44,938 nt of DNA. Origin: Octopus bimaculoides (Eukaryota). The position numbers and the translations under genes are program-made. Below are positions 1 to 11,895 of this stretch, piece by piece; the stretch's first letter is position 1, and every line of letters begins with the position of its first letter. Under the pieces are notes generated by a model that had not been told where the DNA came from, searched no databases, and saw nothing but the letters and a program-made list of their open reading frames with translations. Location of the stretch: contig NC_068984.1 of assembly GCF_001194135.2 (NCBI RefSeq), positions 94,478,489 to 94,523,426 of the forward strand. The letters are read 5' to 3'.

Positions 1-11
1 ATATATATATA

Positions 12-309
12 GCGAGATCGCTGCCAGTGCCGCTGGACTGGCTCCTGTGCAGGTGGCATGTAAAATACACCGTTTTGAGCGTGGCCGTTGCCAGTACTGT
101 GGCCTGACTGGTCTTCGTGCCAGTGGCACGTAAAAGCACCCACTACACTCTCAGAGTGGTTGGCGTTAGGAAGGGCATCCAGCTGTAGAAACTCTGCCAA
201 AATCAGATTCGAATTGGTGTAACCATCTGGTTCACCAGTTCTCGGTCAAATCGTCCAACCCATGCTAGCATAGAAAGCAGACGTTAGACAATGATGATGC
301 GGATGATGA
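12..309 (+). mobile_element. RTE-clade LINE 3' UTR fragment with (GAT)n tail
   Basis: Reverse complement of 24598-24902, which lies just downstream of an RTE C-terminal ORF (25169-25426, minus). Ends in gatgatgcggatgatgat. Confidence 0.75.
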
Positions 310-1400
310 TACAGGGGTGTTCGTTAAAGATTTCCTCTGACCTACTTCCGAAGGACTGGGATAAGCGAAACTGGTGACACACTTCTATTATTTTATGCAG
401 CTGTGAAGACCATGTCTGTAGAAGTGGATAGGTTGAATATGAAGCCAAGACTTTACCTTGGAAATAAGTTCATTATCATCTGAAAAGTGCTTCCCCTTCA
501 AAAAAGACTTCATAGTTGGAAAGAGGTGGAAGTCAGATGGTGCGAGTCAGAGTAAGTGGGACCAGGAATGATTTCATAGCCACAGGAGTGTGCTTTCATC
601 TGAGCAACATGCACATTGTGAACTGGGGCACTGTCTTAGAGGAAGTGAACTCCTTTGGTCAGCATGCCACACCTCTCTGCTTTGACGGTGTCCGACAATT
701 TCTGCAGCAGAGACGCATATGCCTCGTTAATTGTGGTGCCCTTTGCTCAAAAATCCATCATCACTATTCCACGCTGGTCCCACCTTGCCTGCTGAGGGTT
801 GAACACAAGCCTTCTTTGGAGGCAATGAGTTATCATACTTCCATTGCTTCAACTGGACTTTTGTCTCAGGATCATAGTAATGGACCCATGTTTCATCCTG
901 TGTGATAGGTTTGCTGAAAAGTCCTCCTTGTTTTCTTGGCACTTTGCCAAAAGAGCCTGGGAGCAATTGACTCATTCCTGCTTCTGAAAAGATGTGAGCA
1001 TCCAGGGAATCCATCATGCAGACAACTTCTGCGTGTACAAATGGTCGTCAATGATTTTTTTCCATGGATCCTACATTTATCTTCATTTCTTGAGCTAATT
1101 GCTGAACAGTTATGCAGTGATCCTTCAAAATGGTGACTTTCACTTTATGGATGGTGTCGTCATCAATGGCAGAATGCCGTCATCTAGGAATAGGAGCAGT
1201 TTCCACCGATGTCAGACCACATTTAAATTGATGATGCCAGTGCTTGACTACATCATATGATGGTACATCATCACCATAAACTTCTTCATCTCATCAAAAG
1301 TCTTTTATGGTGTACAACCTTTCAAGTCTAAGAACCTGATCACTGAGGCATTCAACTGCCTCCATTATAACACCTCAGTAGCCATAAAAGATAAACAAAT
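310..1400 (-). mobile_element. Tc1/mariner DNA transposon relic (degenerate DD34D-type transposase, about 370-1365)
   Basis: Minus strand: ATG at 1365 with a mariner HTH-like N-terminus (…FDEMKK.YGDDVPSYDVVKHWHHQFKCG), TQDETWVHYYDPETK (ORF 727-1017), an APVH motif and an ...APSDFHLF motif. Multiple stops and frameshifts. Only one TIR-like end seen (tacaggggtgttc, about 309). Confidence 0.9.
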
Positions 1401-1462
1401 ACTAGTGGAAAGCTGCAATTTACAATGTGACATGTAGAGACATGTATAATTATATCTTTACA

Positions 1463-1826
1463 GTGGCTGTGTGGAAAGATGCTTGCTTACCAACCACATG
1501 GTTCCACTGCATGGCATCTTGGGCAAGTGTCTTCTGCTAGAGCCTCAGGCTGACCAAAGCCTTGTGAGTGAATTTGGTAGATGGAAACTGAAAGAAGCAC
1601 ATAGTATATATACATGTGTATATCTGTTTGCCCCCCCCCCCATCGCTTGACAACCAATGTTGGTGTGTTTACGTCCCTGTGACTTAGTGGTTCAGCAAAA
1701 GAAAACAATAGAATAAGTACTAGGCTTACAAAGAATAAGTCCTGGGGTCAATTTGTTCGAATAAAGGTGGTGCTCCAACATGGCTGCAGTCAAATGACTG
1801 AAACAAGTAAAAGAATAAAAGAATAA
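1463..1826 (+). mobile_element. tRNA-derived SINE (cephalopod-type), family A
   Basis: Head ggctgtgtgg…ccaaccacatggttcc, body, and tail gactgaaacaagtaaaagaataaaagaa. Homologous to the minus-strand copy at 12812-13215. Confidence 0.8.
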
Positions 1827-1868
1827 TAACTGGAAGTGAGTTAAGGGAAATTTTTAATGAACTCTCCA

Positions 1869-1915
1869 CGTGTGTGTGTGTGTGTGTGTGTGTGCGTGTG
1901 CGTGTGCGTGAGTGT
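1869..1915. repeat. (TG)n/(TGCG)n microsatellite
   Basis: Seen directly. Confidence 0.95.
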
Positions 1916-1984
1916 GCATTTATATATGTATTCTTGGAAACAGCTTGCCAGTGCAAGTGCAGCCAGTTCTAAACTCCACATAAC

Positions 1985-3465
1985 ATATGCCAGAAGGTTT
2001 CAGGTCATCAGGAGAGAATGTGCACCATTTTAGGGCCTTCCTGTCAATGACTTTATAGCACACCAGTCCCATTCCCTAATGTAAGGCCCCACCTATTGTC
2101 TGACTGGAGGATTTGATCACAAGCCTGTTTTGGTATCATCATCTCTTTAGCCAGGTTTCATCATTCCTTTTCAGCCATATTCAATGGCTGGCCTTCTCAA
2201 CTGTTGCCTGGATTTCCTTCAAGATGACATTTGCTTACCAATAGCCATCTCAGTCAGGTCCCAATAAACCCCTACATCCAACTTCAACAGGAAAGTGTAC
2301 TGCACTCTGACCAGTAGCACCCCATAAAGCTTGTCTTTCCTAACCTGGGTTGCATCTAAATCGTCTTCATGTAGAACAGTTAGTCAAGCAAGATGTATTA
2401 TCTTGAATTCCTCACATGATATTGTCATATCTAATTTCCTCCTTGTTGGTACTGAAAGGAGGTATTTACATCCTAAAAGATCTGCTTCTAACTTTCATAC
2501 CACTTCCCAGTTTTTGCCGTTCACAGTTTTCTGTTCTGGGTAGCCATCTTGACCTTGACAGACAAACATGATAAACTGTTTACTGCTATCCTTCAATGAT
2601 TTCTTGTCACCACTGATTGCTTCCATCTGCTTCTTAGTGGTATTATAGAGAATTTTGAGGACCTCATTATGCCTCCATATTTACCTTTCCTGCACCATCG
2701 AACAGTTAGATAGAATATGCTTTAATATGCCAACTTTTCCATGTCTACATTTGTCATCGTTCACTATTTTCCACCTCTGCAGATTGCATGGAGATGGCAG
2801 TACATCATAGCTGGCTTGAAAAATGAAACTCAGCCATGATGTGTTCCACCTCCAGATCTCATGCCAACATACCTTCCTTTCAATAACCTTTTCTTCTCAC
2901 TTGGTCATCTGACCTTGCTGAAGATATCAAATCAAATGCAGTTCCCTTTTCTCTGCTTCTCTCACTTTAACTTCTGAGACATCGTTGAAAATGGTTTAAA
3001 TGGATTGTAACCAATCCCCTTCCAATTACTTTGAATTGTTCCCACTATTTCTTGGTGTTTCAGTGATGTTATTATGTCATCTGTTTCTTTCTCTGTGTAC
3101 CATTTTCAGACAGTTTTGACACCTGGTGGATTGTCACGTCTACATCTTTGGACTCTTCCAGAATCATAACTGTTTACACCTCTCCAGTTTTGTAGATCTC
3201 AACAACTGATGTTATAGGTAGCTGAAGAGACCCATTTTCTGATATAATACTGAACTGTTGTTCGAAGTAGAACAAGCCATCTCCTGATATAGACACTGCA
3301 CATTTGCTCAAGGGTCTCCACTTTTGACAGTGCTACATTATGTATGAGCAGGAGTCCAAGCAATATAGGGATATAGATCAAACTGCAAGCATCAGATCGT
3401 GTATTTTCCCTGCAGTTTTGACTTGTCTATGGCTTTCAACTTATCCTCAGCTTGTGCCATGATCT
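1985..3465 (-). mobile_element. RLE-type non-LTR retrotransposon (HERO-like), 3' part
   Basis: Minus strand: IDKSKLQGKY, DVLPSPCNLQRW…C…HILSNC…IWRHNEVL (CCHC knuckle), LTV.HE and FPVEVGCRG (restriction-like endonuclease), KASH.IWLKR. Frameshifted. Confidence 0.75.
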
Positions 3466-3841
3466 TGTAGTGGCGAGTGTGGCTGCCATCTTGGGAAGTG
3501 CTATTGCACATGTGCAAGGGACTTGCCGTCAGTGGAAGTACCCGAACACGCATGCGCAATGCAACAAGTGGAGAGAGAGCAATAGCATTGGATCTCTTCT
3601 CTATCTAGCAGCTGTCGTGACAACACGTTCCTCCAGGCTCTCTCAACTCGATACCGACATGTGGTCGAAGCTTCCTTAGTATTCTAGCGACATGCCTGTT
3701 CACCCAGGAACGAAACGGCTCTACACCAACCTAGAATAAATTATTGATCTGTTGTTACCGTTATCCCTCGTGTTGTATTAATGATTAATATAAGAACTGG
3801 GGAGAGATGACCGAGCCGTCATATCTCATCCAATTCTTATA
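3466..3841 (+). repeat. 5' LTR (376 bp)
   Basis: About 10 substitutions plus a 12-bp net indel versus 6388-6775 (by eye). Termini TGTAG…TTATA; AATAAA present. Confidence 0.92.
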
Positions 3842-5515
3842 ACTGGTGACCCCTAGTACNNNNNNNNNNNNNNNNNNNNNNNNNNNNNNNNNNNNNNNNN
3901 NNNNNNNNNNNNNNNNNNNNNNNNNNNNNNNNNNNNNNNNNNNNNNNNNNNNNNNNNNNNNNNNNNNNNNNNNNNNNNNNNNNNNNNNNNNNNNNNNNNN
4001 NNNNNNNNNNNNNNNNNNNNNNNNNNNNNNNNNNNNNNNNNNNNNNNNNNNNNNNNNNNNNNNNNNNNNNNNNNNNNNNNNNNNNNNNNNNNNNNNNNNN
4101 NNNNNNNNNNNNNNNNNNNNNNNNNNNNNNNNNNNNNNNNNNNNNNNNNNNNACGAGTGAACAGTGATTTTTCTTTTCGCCTGACTCCACATGGCTTGAA
4201 AAACAAAAAAAAAAAACAACGTTGCTTCCATCTATTGTCTTACAGGACAACACACAAAGAAAAAAAAAATACTACACACACGCACATACATAAAATTTTT
4301 TTGCCTGTATTGTTTTTTTCCTTGCAGCTACGACGTAAGGTTGGTCAACAATATTTTTTTCTACAGATAGTACAAAGCAACACCTTCTGAGGTCTAGCCG
4401 CTGACCACAGAGCACACAGCCAGTTCCAGCGATGACACGACAATAGCCTCATGGAGACCCAACACTTCGTTCAGCAGCTTACGGACCTCCATCTTCATCG
4501 CCTCCAGCTTCTTAGGGTCAACACCAACTTCTTGCTACGTACACAGCAACCAACAGCACTCGCACATGTTCTATCTCAACACTGTTTGTGAATTATTTCA
4601 CCATGGTTAACAGCGAATACAACCTGCGAGAACTCCTGTACCAAGTAACCGGCAGCAGCATTGAAGCCACAACCTCTCACGACATGTGCCTCTCCTCCGG
4701 CTCTGTCACGCGGCCTCGACTTCTTGTTACNNNNNNNNNNNNNNNNNNNNNNNNNNNNNNNNNNNNNNNNNNNNNNNNNNNNNNNNNNNNNNNNNNNNNN
4801 NNNNNNNNNNNNNNNNNNNNNNNNNNNNNNNNNNNNNNNNNNNNNNNNNNNNNNNNNNNNNNNNNNNNNNNNNNNNNNNNNNNNNNNNNNNNNNNNNNNN
4901 NNNNNNNNNNNNNNNNNNNNNNNNNNNNNNNNNNNNNNNNNNNNNNNNNNNNNNNNNNNNNNNNNNNNNNNNNNNNNNNNNNNNNNNNNNNNNNNNNNNN
5001 NNNNNNNNNNNNNNNNNNNNNNNNNNNNNNNNNNNNNNNNNNNNNNNNNNNNNNNNNNNNNNNNNNNNNNNNNNNNNNNNNNNNNNNNNNNNNNNNNNNN
5101 NNNNNNNNNNNNNNNNNNNNNNNNNNNNNNNNNNNNNNNNNNNNNNNNNNNNNNNNNNNNNNNNNNNNNNNNNNNNNNNNNNNNNNNNNNNNNNNNNNNN
5201 NNNNNNNNNNNNNNNNNNNNNNNNNNNNNNNNNNNNNNNNNNNNNNNNNNNNNNNNNNNNNNNNNNNNNNNNNNNNNNNNNNNNNNNNNNNNNNNNNNNN
5301 NNNNNNNNNNNNNNNNNNNNNNNNNNNNNNNNNNNNNNNNNNNNNNNNNNNNNNNNNNNNNNNNNNNNNNNNNNNNNNNNNNNNNNNNNNNNNNNNNNNN
5401 ACAATTGATTTACTTGCTATTTTGCAGGACCAACCTCTTTTGTCGACGTTAGATTTAACTTCGCCAAAATTCAACAATTGCAAATTTGCCTATCTTCCAC
5501 TCCCTTCATCGAAGG

Positions 5516-5936
5516 CATCGTATACGCACTACCAGCTACCATCCCGTTTCTAATGGGATGGTTGAGCGATTTCATAGGCAACTTAAGGCTGCCTTACGCG
5601 CCTCGCCCAACCCGCAGTCTTGAGTTGAATTTCTTCCGGTCGTCCTTCTTGGATGCCGGACTGCGGTCAAAAGCTGACCTGGGTTTCTCCTCGGCAGAGC
5701 TTCTTTACGGTACCACACGGGCGTTGCCTGGTACGATGGTGGTACCAGACTTGTCACAACCACCACATCCAGCGTCCTATGTCACTCGATTACGAGATTA
5801 TTTTCTAACCTTGTTTCTCCCTATAAAGGACCCTTTCGTGTGCTTTCTCGCACTCCAANNNNNNNNNNCCCTTATGTCACTAGATCTGGCCGGACAGTGC
5901 ATTGGCCAAAGAAACTTTGCAAAGCAATATACATTT
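5516..5936 (+). pseudogene. Gypsy integrase remnant (core C-terminal half and tail)
   Basis: HRIRTTSYHPVSNGMVERFHRQLKAAL…S*VEFLPVVLLGCRTAVKADLGFSSAELLYG; YVTRSGR near 5873. Confidence 0.85.
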
Positions 5937-6387
5937 GACATTTTTGTGCCGATGGCATTTCATTTCTCTGCACAAACAAACATTGTTTTTCTTCCATTTC
6001 TGTGCACAGTAACGTGCTAAAAGAAAATATGTACACATTATATATTGTTTCAACCTTTGCATACACATTTGCTCACGCCAACACCTTCGTTGCAACTTTC
6101 TTTCACACAGACTCTTTATCTCTAGGTCTGGCTGAACTTTTCATGTTGAACAGAACTTTTTTCTTACTCACATCGTGTCGGATGCAAAAGTTTTGCTTCC
6201 ATTATTGCATCCGACACAGCATTGCTTTGCAAATTTATTGAGCTTGTCATTCTTTGTTTTAACAAAACAATTTTTGTTTTTTTCATTGTATAATTTTATC
6301 CATGTTTTCTGGGTTCGGCGGCCATCTTGTTTCCGCGCCCTCTACAATCTTTCCTTGTTTCGTGCTATGCACTCAGGGGGGAGACAT

Positions 6388-6775
6388 TGTAGTGGCGCGT
6401 GTGGCCGCCATCTTGGGAAGTGCCATTGCGCATGTGCAAGGGTCTTGCCGTCAGTGGAAGTACCCGAGCACGCATGCACAATGCAACAAGTGGAGAGAGA
6501 GCAATAGCATTGGATCTCTTCTCTATCTAGCAGCTGTCGTGACAACACGTTCCTCCAGGCTCTCTCAACTCGATACCGACATGTGGTCGAAGCTTCCTTA
6601 GTATTCTAGCGGCATGCCTGTTCACCCAGGAACGAAATGGCTCTACACCAACCTAGAATAAATTATTGATCTGTTGTTACCGTTATCCCTCGTGTTGTTG
6701 TATTTCTAGATTTAATGATTAATATAAGAACTGGGGAGAGATGGCCGAGCCGTCATATCTCATCCAATTCTTATA
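6388..6775 (+). repeat. 3' LTR (388 bp)
   Basis: Direct repeat of 3466-3841, preceded by the PPT. Confidence 0.92.
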
Positions 6776-7245
6776 ATCTCAACGCTCCTACTCTTATCAG
6801 ACAAATCAGAGACAAACCAGATGACCAATATAGTACAACCTGCAATAGTTCCAATTTCTAGATGATTCCAGTCCATTATAAAATTCTGTCATGAACTGCA
6901 TTTTGAAGTTGTTATAGTAGTTCCTCATCAGGACCTTAATCTTCTCCAGCATGTACAAGAAGTCCATTGCTTTTATCAACAATTTGTGTGGTACAGAACC
7001 ATAAGCGTTAGCCAAATCCAGCCATACAATATTCAGATCCCTCTTATTCCTCTTCACATCTTGCATTCCATCTCAGATTGAAAATATATGTTCCACACAC
7101 TCAGAAAACTTTCATCTTGTAGATAAGTACATAGCTGTTCTCTTAGCAAGTACACCCATGTAAATCTTGCCATCTATATTCAGGATCAAAACTGAACCAG
7201 CCAATCAGTTCTGCTTCAGCTTCTTTAGATAAATTGCTCCACAGC
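6776..7245 (-). mobile_element. Same HERO-like element, RT portion (split from its 3' part by the Gypsy insertion)
   Basis: ORF 6806-7066 has LNIVWLDLANAYGSVPHKLL; also NIDGKIYMGVLAKR and GTIAGCTI. Joins 3465 across the ATCT TSD. Confidence 0.8.
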
Positions 7246-7319
7246 TGGACTGTCTAATGATTAGAAGGACCAATTTTAGGAGGTCCTTTTGCATACTAAC
7301 TCAATGACAAATGACAGAC

Positions 7320-9915
7320 TTGGTTATTGTGGCTGGTGGCTTCAATGGACATGTTGGGTAGCATTCTCAAGAATTCCATAGTGTGTATGGAGGCTACAGA
7401 TTTGGCTCTTGGAATCAGGAGGGAACAAAAATTCTGTGATACAAATTATTTTATGATCTGCAACACTTACTTCAGGAAACCAGCCAATCACATGATCACC
7501 TATCAGTCTGGTGGGGACATAAACCAAATCGATTATATTCTTACCAGGCAATGAGACAGACAGATAATTGCAAAAGTAAAGTCTTTCCCTGGTGAAATAT
7601 GTACAACCCAACATAGGTTACTAGTTAGTGACTTCAGAATTAGAACTAGAAGACTTGGATAATCAAATCATTCTGGAAAAGGAGATTATGGAAACTCAAA
7701 GACCCAGTAAACAGACAGAAATTTAGAGATATTGTAATGAAAGATTCTGACTAGAAGGAGGAGGAATTGGAAACAAATAACTTAGAGGACAGCTGGAAGT
7801 TCCTGTGGGACAACTTATTCAGGGTTACAGACCAAATCAGTTGGGATCACATGGTGGTGGAACAAGGAGGTAAACAGTGCTATAAAAGAAAACAGAGAGA
7901 TCTGGAGAAACTGGAAAAATTGTTGTAGCAGAGAATCATATAAGGTATCCAGAAGGAAAGCTAGACAGCAAGTTTACATAGCAAAAGGAAAAGCAGAAAG
8001 TTAGAAATTTGCCAATGTTTTACAGCTTGAGGGTCAGTGGAATGAGGTGGAATGGATTGCAAAGCAGTGTGTCTGAGAGAATAGAGATGTCATGGGTGAG
8101 AAATGTGTAGTGAATAGCTACCAAAGTTCTAAGCTAAGATTTAAAACCAAATTCACAATTTCCTACAAGTCCTCTGCATATTGTTCTCACCTGTTGCACT
8201 TGTTGCACTAAGAAATTTATGAGCGTGACCTGACCACTTAGCCTTTTTTGAGTCAAACATGGATCAGAGCTGATTAGATGAGGAAAAATCTTTTGTTCTG
8301 TCTGACCTAATCGAGTTAAAGAAAATATAAATACACAACCAAAAATCAGTTCTTTCTCTTTTTTTGGTCACTTGGCCTCTGATCAGAGTGTATCTGTTTT
8401 TTCTTCCTTCTTCTTTCTGGCACTAAGAGGAAGCAACTTTATGCGAGGGGCTACACAGCTTTTACTCTCTCTGCTTGTGTAGACTCTTTTACTTGCTCTC
8501 TCTCTCTCTCTCTTTAGTAGTCACAGACAGATGAAGCTAACTACCATACAGAATAGACTATAGAACAACGAATAACTTGTGTACACAAATAACTCAAGGT
8601 AGTTGTAACTTATGTTGTAATGACAGTAATAACGATATAGTTAAAAAACCATCTCAGCAATCAATTAATATTGTTCTTCTCTCATTTATTCAGTGCATAT
8701 TATCGTTAAACATGATCATCATATTTGGTGACATCCAATGCTTATAAAGTGTTAAAATTGGATTTTACTCTTATCCATTACACATTAATGACTACAACAT
8801 TCATTGATTGTTATACATAGTCATTACAAATGTTAAATATGTGTGAATACAGAAAAGAAAGATGCATGGAAATGACTGGTTTAGTAGTATTACAGTTAGC
8901 TGCTACAAAGGTAAAGGTGAAGCTTTAGATAGAGACAACTACAGATGTATCAAACTGCTGAACCAGGTCATGAAAGTTACAGAGAGATTTATTGCTCAAT
9001 TGATTAGGAATAGAATTAAACTAGATGTAGTGCAATTTAGTTTTGTGCCTGGGAAGAGTACCACAGATGTCATCTTTCTAGTGAGACAGCTACAGGAGAA
9101 GTATCTGGCAAAATATAAACCATTGTACTTGGCTTTTATCAACCTGGAGAAAGCTTTTGACAGAGTCTCTTACTTTGATATCTGGTGGTCTCTAAGGAGG
9201 TTAGGAGTAGACAAGTGACTTGTTAGAGCCATAAAAGTCCTATATAGCAGTGCTGTCAGCAGGGTGAGAGTCAACCATGAGGACAGTTACAGGTTTTGTG
9301 TACAACTAGGGGCTCATCAAGGCTCAGTTCTTAGTCCACTCTTATTCATAATAGTCCTCCAGACCATAACAGAGGTATTTTAAATTGTCTACCTATGGGA
9401 AGTATTATATGATGATGACCTCACTTTTATAGCAGAATCTGTTGCAAAATTGGAGAATAATTCCAGCTATAGAAGCAAAACTTGGAATCAAAGTTGTTAG
9501 CAAGAATACAGATACTGTTATCTTTCCATCAGGTAAATGGCTATCCTATGTATGTAGGGAAGGTGTTGGTGCGATATGGTGGCTCTGAGGAAACTAAGGG
9601 TAGACGAGTGGTTGTGAAAGCTGTACAAGTCATTCACAGAATTTCTATCAGTATGTAAGAATTAATCATGGGTACAATGATGAATTTAGTGTACAGGTGG
9701 GCATTCATCAATACTCGGTTCTCAATCCCTGCTTGTTCATCATTATCTTCCAAGCCATAATGGAGGAATTCAAGACTGGCTACCCCTAGGAACTACTATG
9801 TGCTGATGATCTTGCTCTTATAGCAGATTCTATAACAGAACTAGAAAAGAATTTCCAGTAGTGGAAGCAAAACCTAGAATTGAAGGGCCTTAAGGTTAAC
9901 TTATCAACATACAAG
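7320..9915 (+). mobile_element. Degenerate RTE-clade LINE fragments (APE endonuclease and RT), interrupted by a solo LTR
   Basis: LVIVAGGFNGHVG…YGGYRFGSWNQEG; QIDYILTRQ; ORF 8862-9218 CYKGKGEALDRDNYRCIKLL…VRQLQEKYLAK…LEKAFDRV; LYDDD/YADD motifs. The RT restarts near 9560, so probably two copies. Confidence 0.85.
8106..8828. mobile_element. Solo LTR (723 bp) with 4-bp TSD AATG
   Basis: Termini TGTAGTGA…TCATTACA (7/8 inverted match). AATG at 8102-8105 and 8829-8832; RTE sequence on both sides. Confidence 0.75.
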
Positions 9916-11082
9916 TGAATTGAAGAGACACAAACAACATTTCATTTACCTTATGCAGTTCTCTGGGTACAGCCAAAGAGACAGGATCAAGGTGTATGAA
10001 GGAGCCAGGGCAAAATATGGAACCATCATAGAGAATGAGGCAAATGGGATCTGCCCACTATACAGGAGTAAATCCTGGAAGAGCAAGAAAGAACTAAGAA
10101 GATAGGTAAGGCCAACTCATGGTATAGCAACCATAAATACCAGAACATCCTCTTCATCAATGCTACCCTGGAGGCAAACTAGCATATCTTTTTAGGCAAA
10201 ATTTAGATAAAATGAATCTATGGATTAAAATAGTAGAAAGACCAGAGATCCCCATAAAATCCCTGATCTGTAAAACATACCCATTTGAAAGAACCTCCTG
10301 TTCAGTGTGCAGAGTAAACACACAGATAACATGTAAAACTAGGAACATAGTCTATAGTATAAAGTATAGAGAGAGATGGTGAAGAAATATGACAATGACA
10401 TACATTGGAGAGACAGCATGTAGCATAGGTGAGTGGATAAGTGACAACTGGTGGGAGCTCATCAGTGATCTACCAACAAGCTGAATTTGAACATGGAGGT
10501 TGGGTTGACAACATTGATGTTAGGATCTTATTGACACATAGAACAGATATGACAGACAGATTATGGAGGCTACACACATCATGGAAGATAGACCGAGTCT
10601 CAAAAGAGAATGCGAATGGAGTAATAACACCACCACCCCACTCCACCACACTATGCAACCTGATGACTAAAAAGAGAATGAGAAAGAGAAAAATAAATGA
10701 ATAAATAAATAAAAAACATGGGTATATGTGCATGTATATACAAATGCATATAAACATACATGGGGCACACATACTAAACACAGACAAACACACTCACCAC
10801 AGACACAAATGTAAACACATGTACAGATAGTGATAAATACCATAGAAGAATAAAATGGAATAGGTAGGACAAGAGGAGACACATGAGACAGTGAGTCTCT
10901 GAAGAGATCATAGAATGTGTGACAAAAGAACTTTGATAGACAAATAAGCTAAAAGTAATAATAATAAAACTAAAGTGAAGATCAAATGAATAGTGTGTAT
11001 GTTTAATTGGCAAAATATGTCCATCCCCAAATATTTCAACACACATTTTCACTTCAAGAATCTTGCAAAAAAAATACATAAA

Positions 11083-11083
<1 letters not shown>
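9915..11083 (+). mobile_element. Penelope-like element (Neptune-like), 5'-truncated: RT C-terminus, Cys-rich linker, GIY-YIG, CA-rich 3' UTR
   Basis: MQFSGYSQRDRIKVY…CPLYRSK; KIVERP…C..C…CKTRNIVY; TYIGETA; homologous to 27000-28196. The UTR ends …aagaatcttgcaaaa, as at about 28312. Confidence 0.8.
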
Positions 11084-11124
<41 letters not shown>

Positions 11125-11131
<7 letters not shown>

Positions 11132-11895
11132 GATAAGAAAATAGAGGAAAAATAACAATATGAAGTGTGTCTTTTGTGCTAGGAAGCTATTATTTAATTA
11201 GTTAAGAAAGGTGAGAGTAAGAGTGAGTTTATGATCGTTTCTGTGTACCATGGTGAGGAAAATATATATTTATATTTTTGCCTCATTGCCAATGGTAGAC
11301 GTCATCAGAATGAAGAAGTCAGAGGTAGAGAAAAGAGTGAAAGATAGAGGGATACATCGCAAAAGAAAGTGTTCAAAGGTTCGAAAGTCTTACATTATAG
11401 TTAGTTTCACAGTTTGTTAAATCCATTGTGCGGTAAAAGAATAGATGTTAGTTGAATCTGCAGCAATATTTAAGAATAAAATTAGAGAAGGCCATAGCTT
11501 GACTAGTAACTTAGCTACTATCATAGCCTCAATAAATAATAATAAGCTAGACACTTTCTATGAAACTAGGAAAAATAGCAACATAAAACATAACAGTCAA
11601 CCAGCAAATAGAATAAATCTCACTCCTAATGACATGCCTTCAAGCAACATGGACAACGACCAGTTATCATGTGGTGGTGGGGAACAAACACAGACACAAA
11701 GACACACACACACATACATATATATATGATGGGTTTCTTTGAGTTTCCTCGTAATATATAATAATATATATATAAATATATATTTTCCTCATAAACTCAC
11801 TCTTACTCTCACCTTTCTTAACTAATTAAATAATGGCTTCCTAGCACAAGAGACACACTTCTTATTGTTATTTTTCCTCCATTTTATAGTCTATA
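11125..11895 (+). mobile_element. Short PLE 3' fragment with inverted terminal repeats (about 11125-11275 and 11770-11895)
   Basis: Arms are near-identical reverse complements over about 110 bp. The interior IHC…LVESAAI resembles the end of a PLE GIY-YIG domain. A SINE fragment lies at about 11660-11748. Confidence 0.6.

Larger units (their letters stand above)
3466..6775 (+). mobile_element. Ty3/Gypsy LTR retrotransposon (CsRn1/Kabuki-like), two LTRs, 4-bp TSD ATCT
   Basis: LTRs 3466-3841 and 6388-6775. TSD ATCT at 3462-3465 and 6776-6779. PBS TGGTGACCCC at 3844-3853, complementary to the tRNA-Trp 3' end. PPT aggggggaga at about 6375-6384. Integrase remnant inside. Confidence 0.92.

Noticed and set aside
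516-1136. Plus-strand ORFs 516-905 and 936-1136 as genes
   Set aside because: They are antisense shadows of the mariner transposase.
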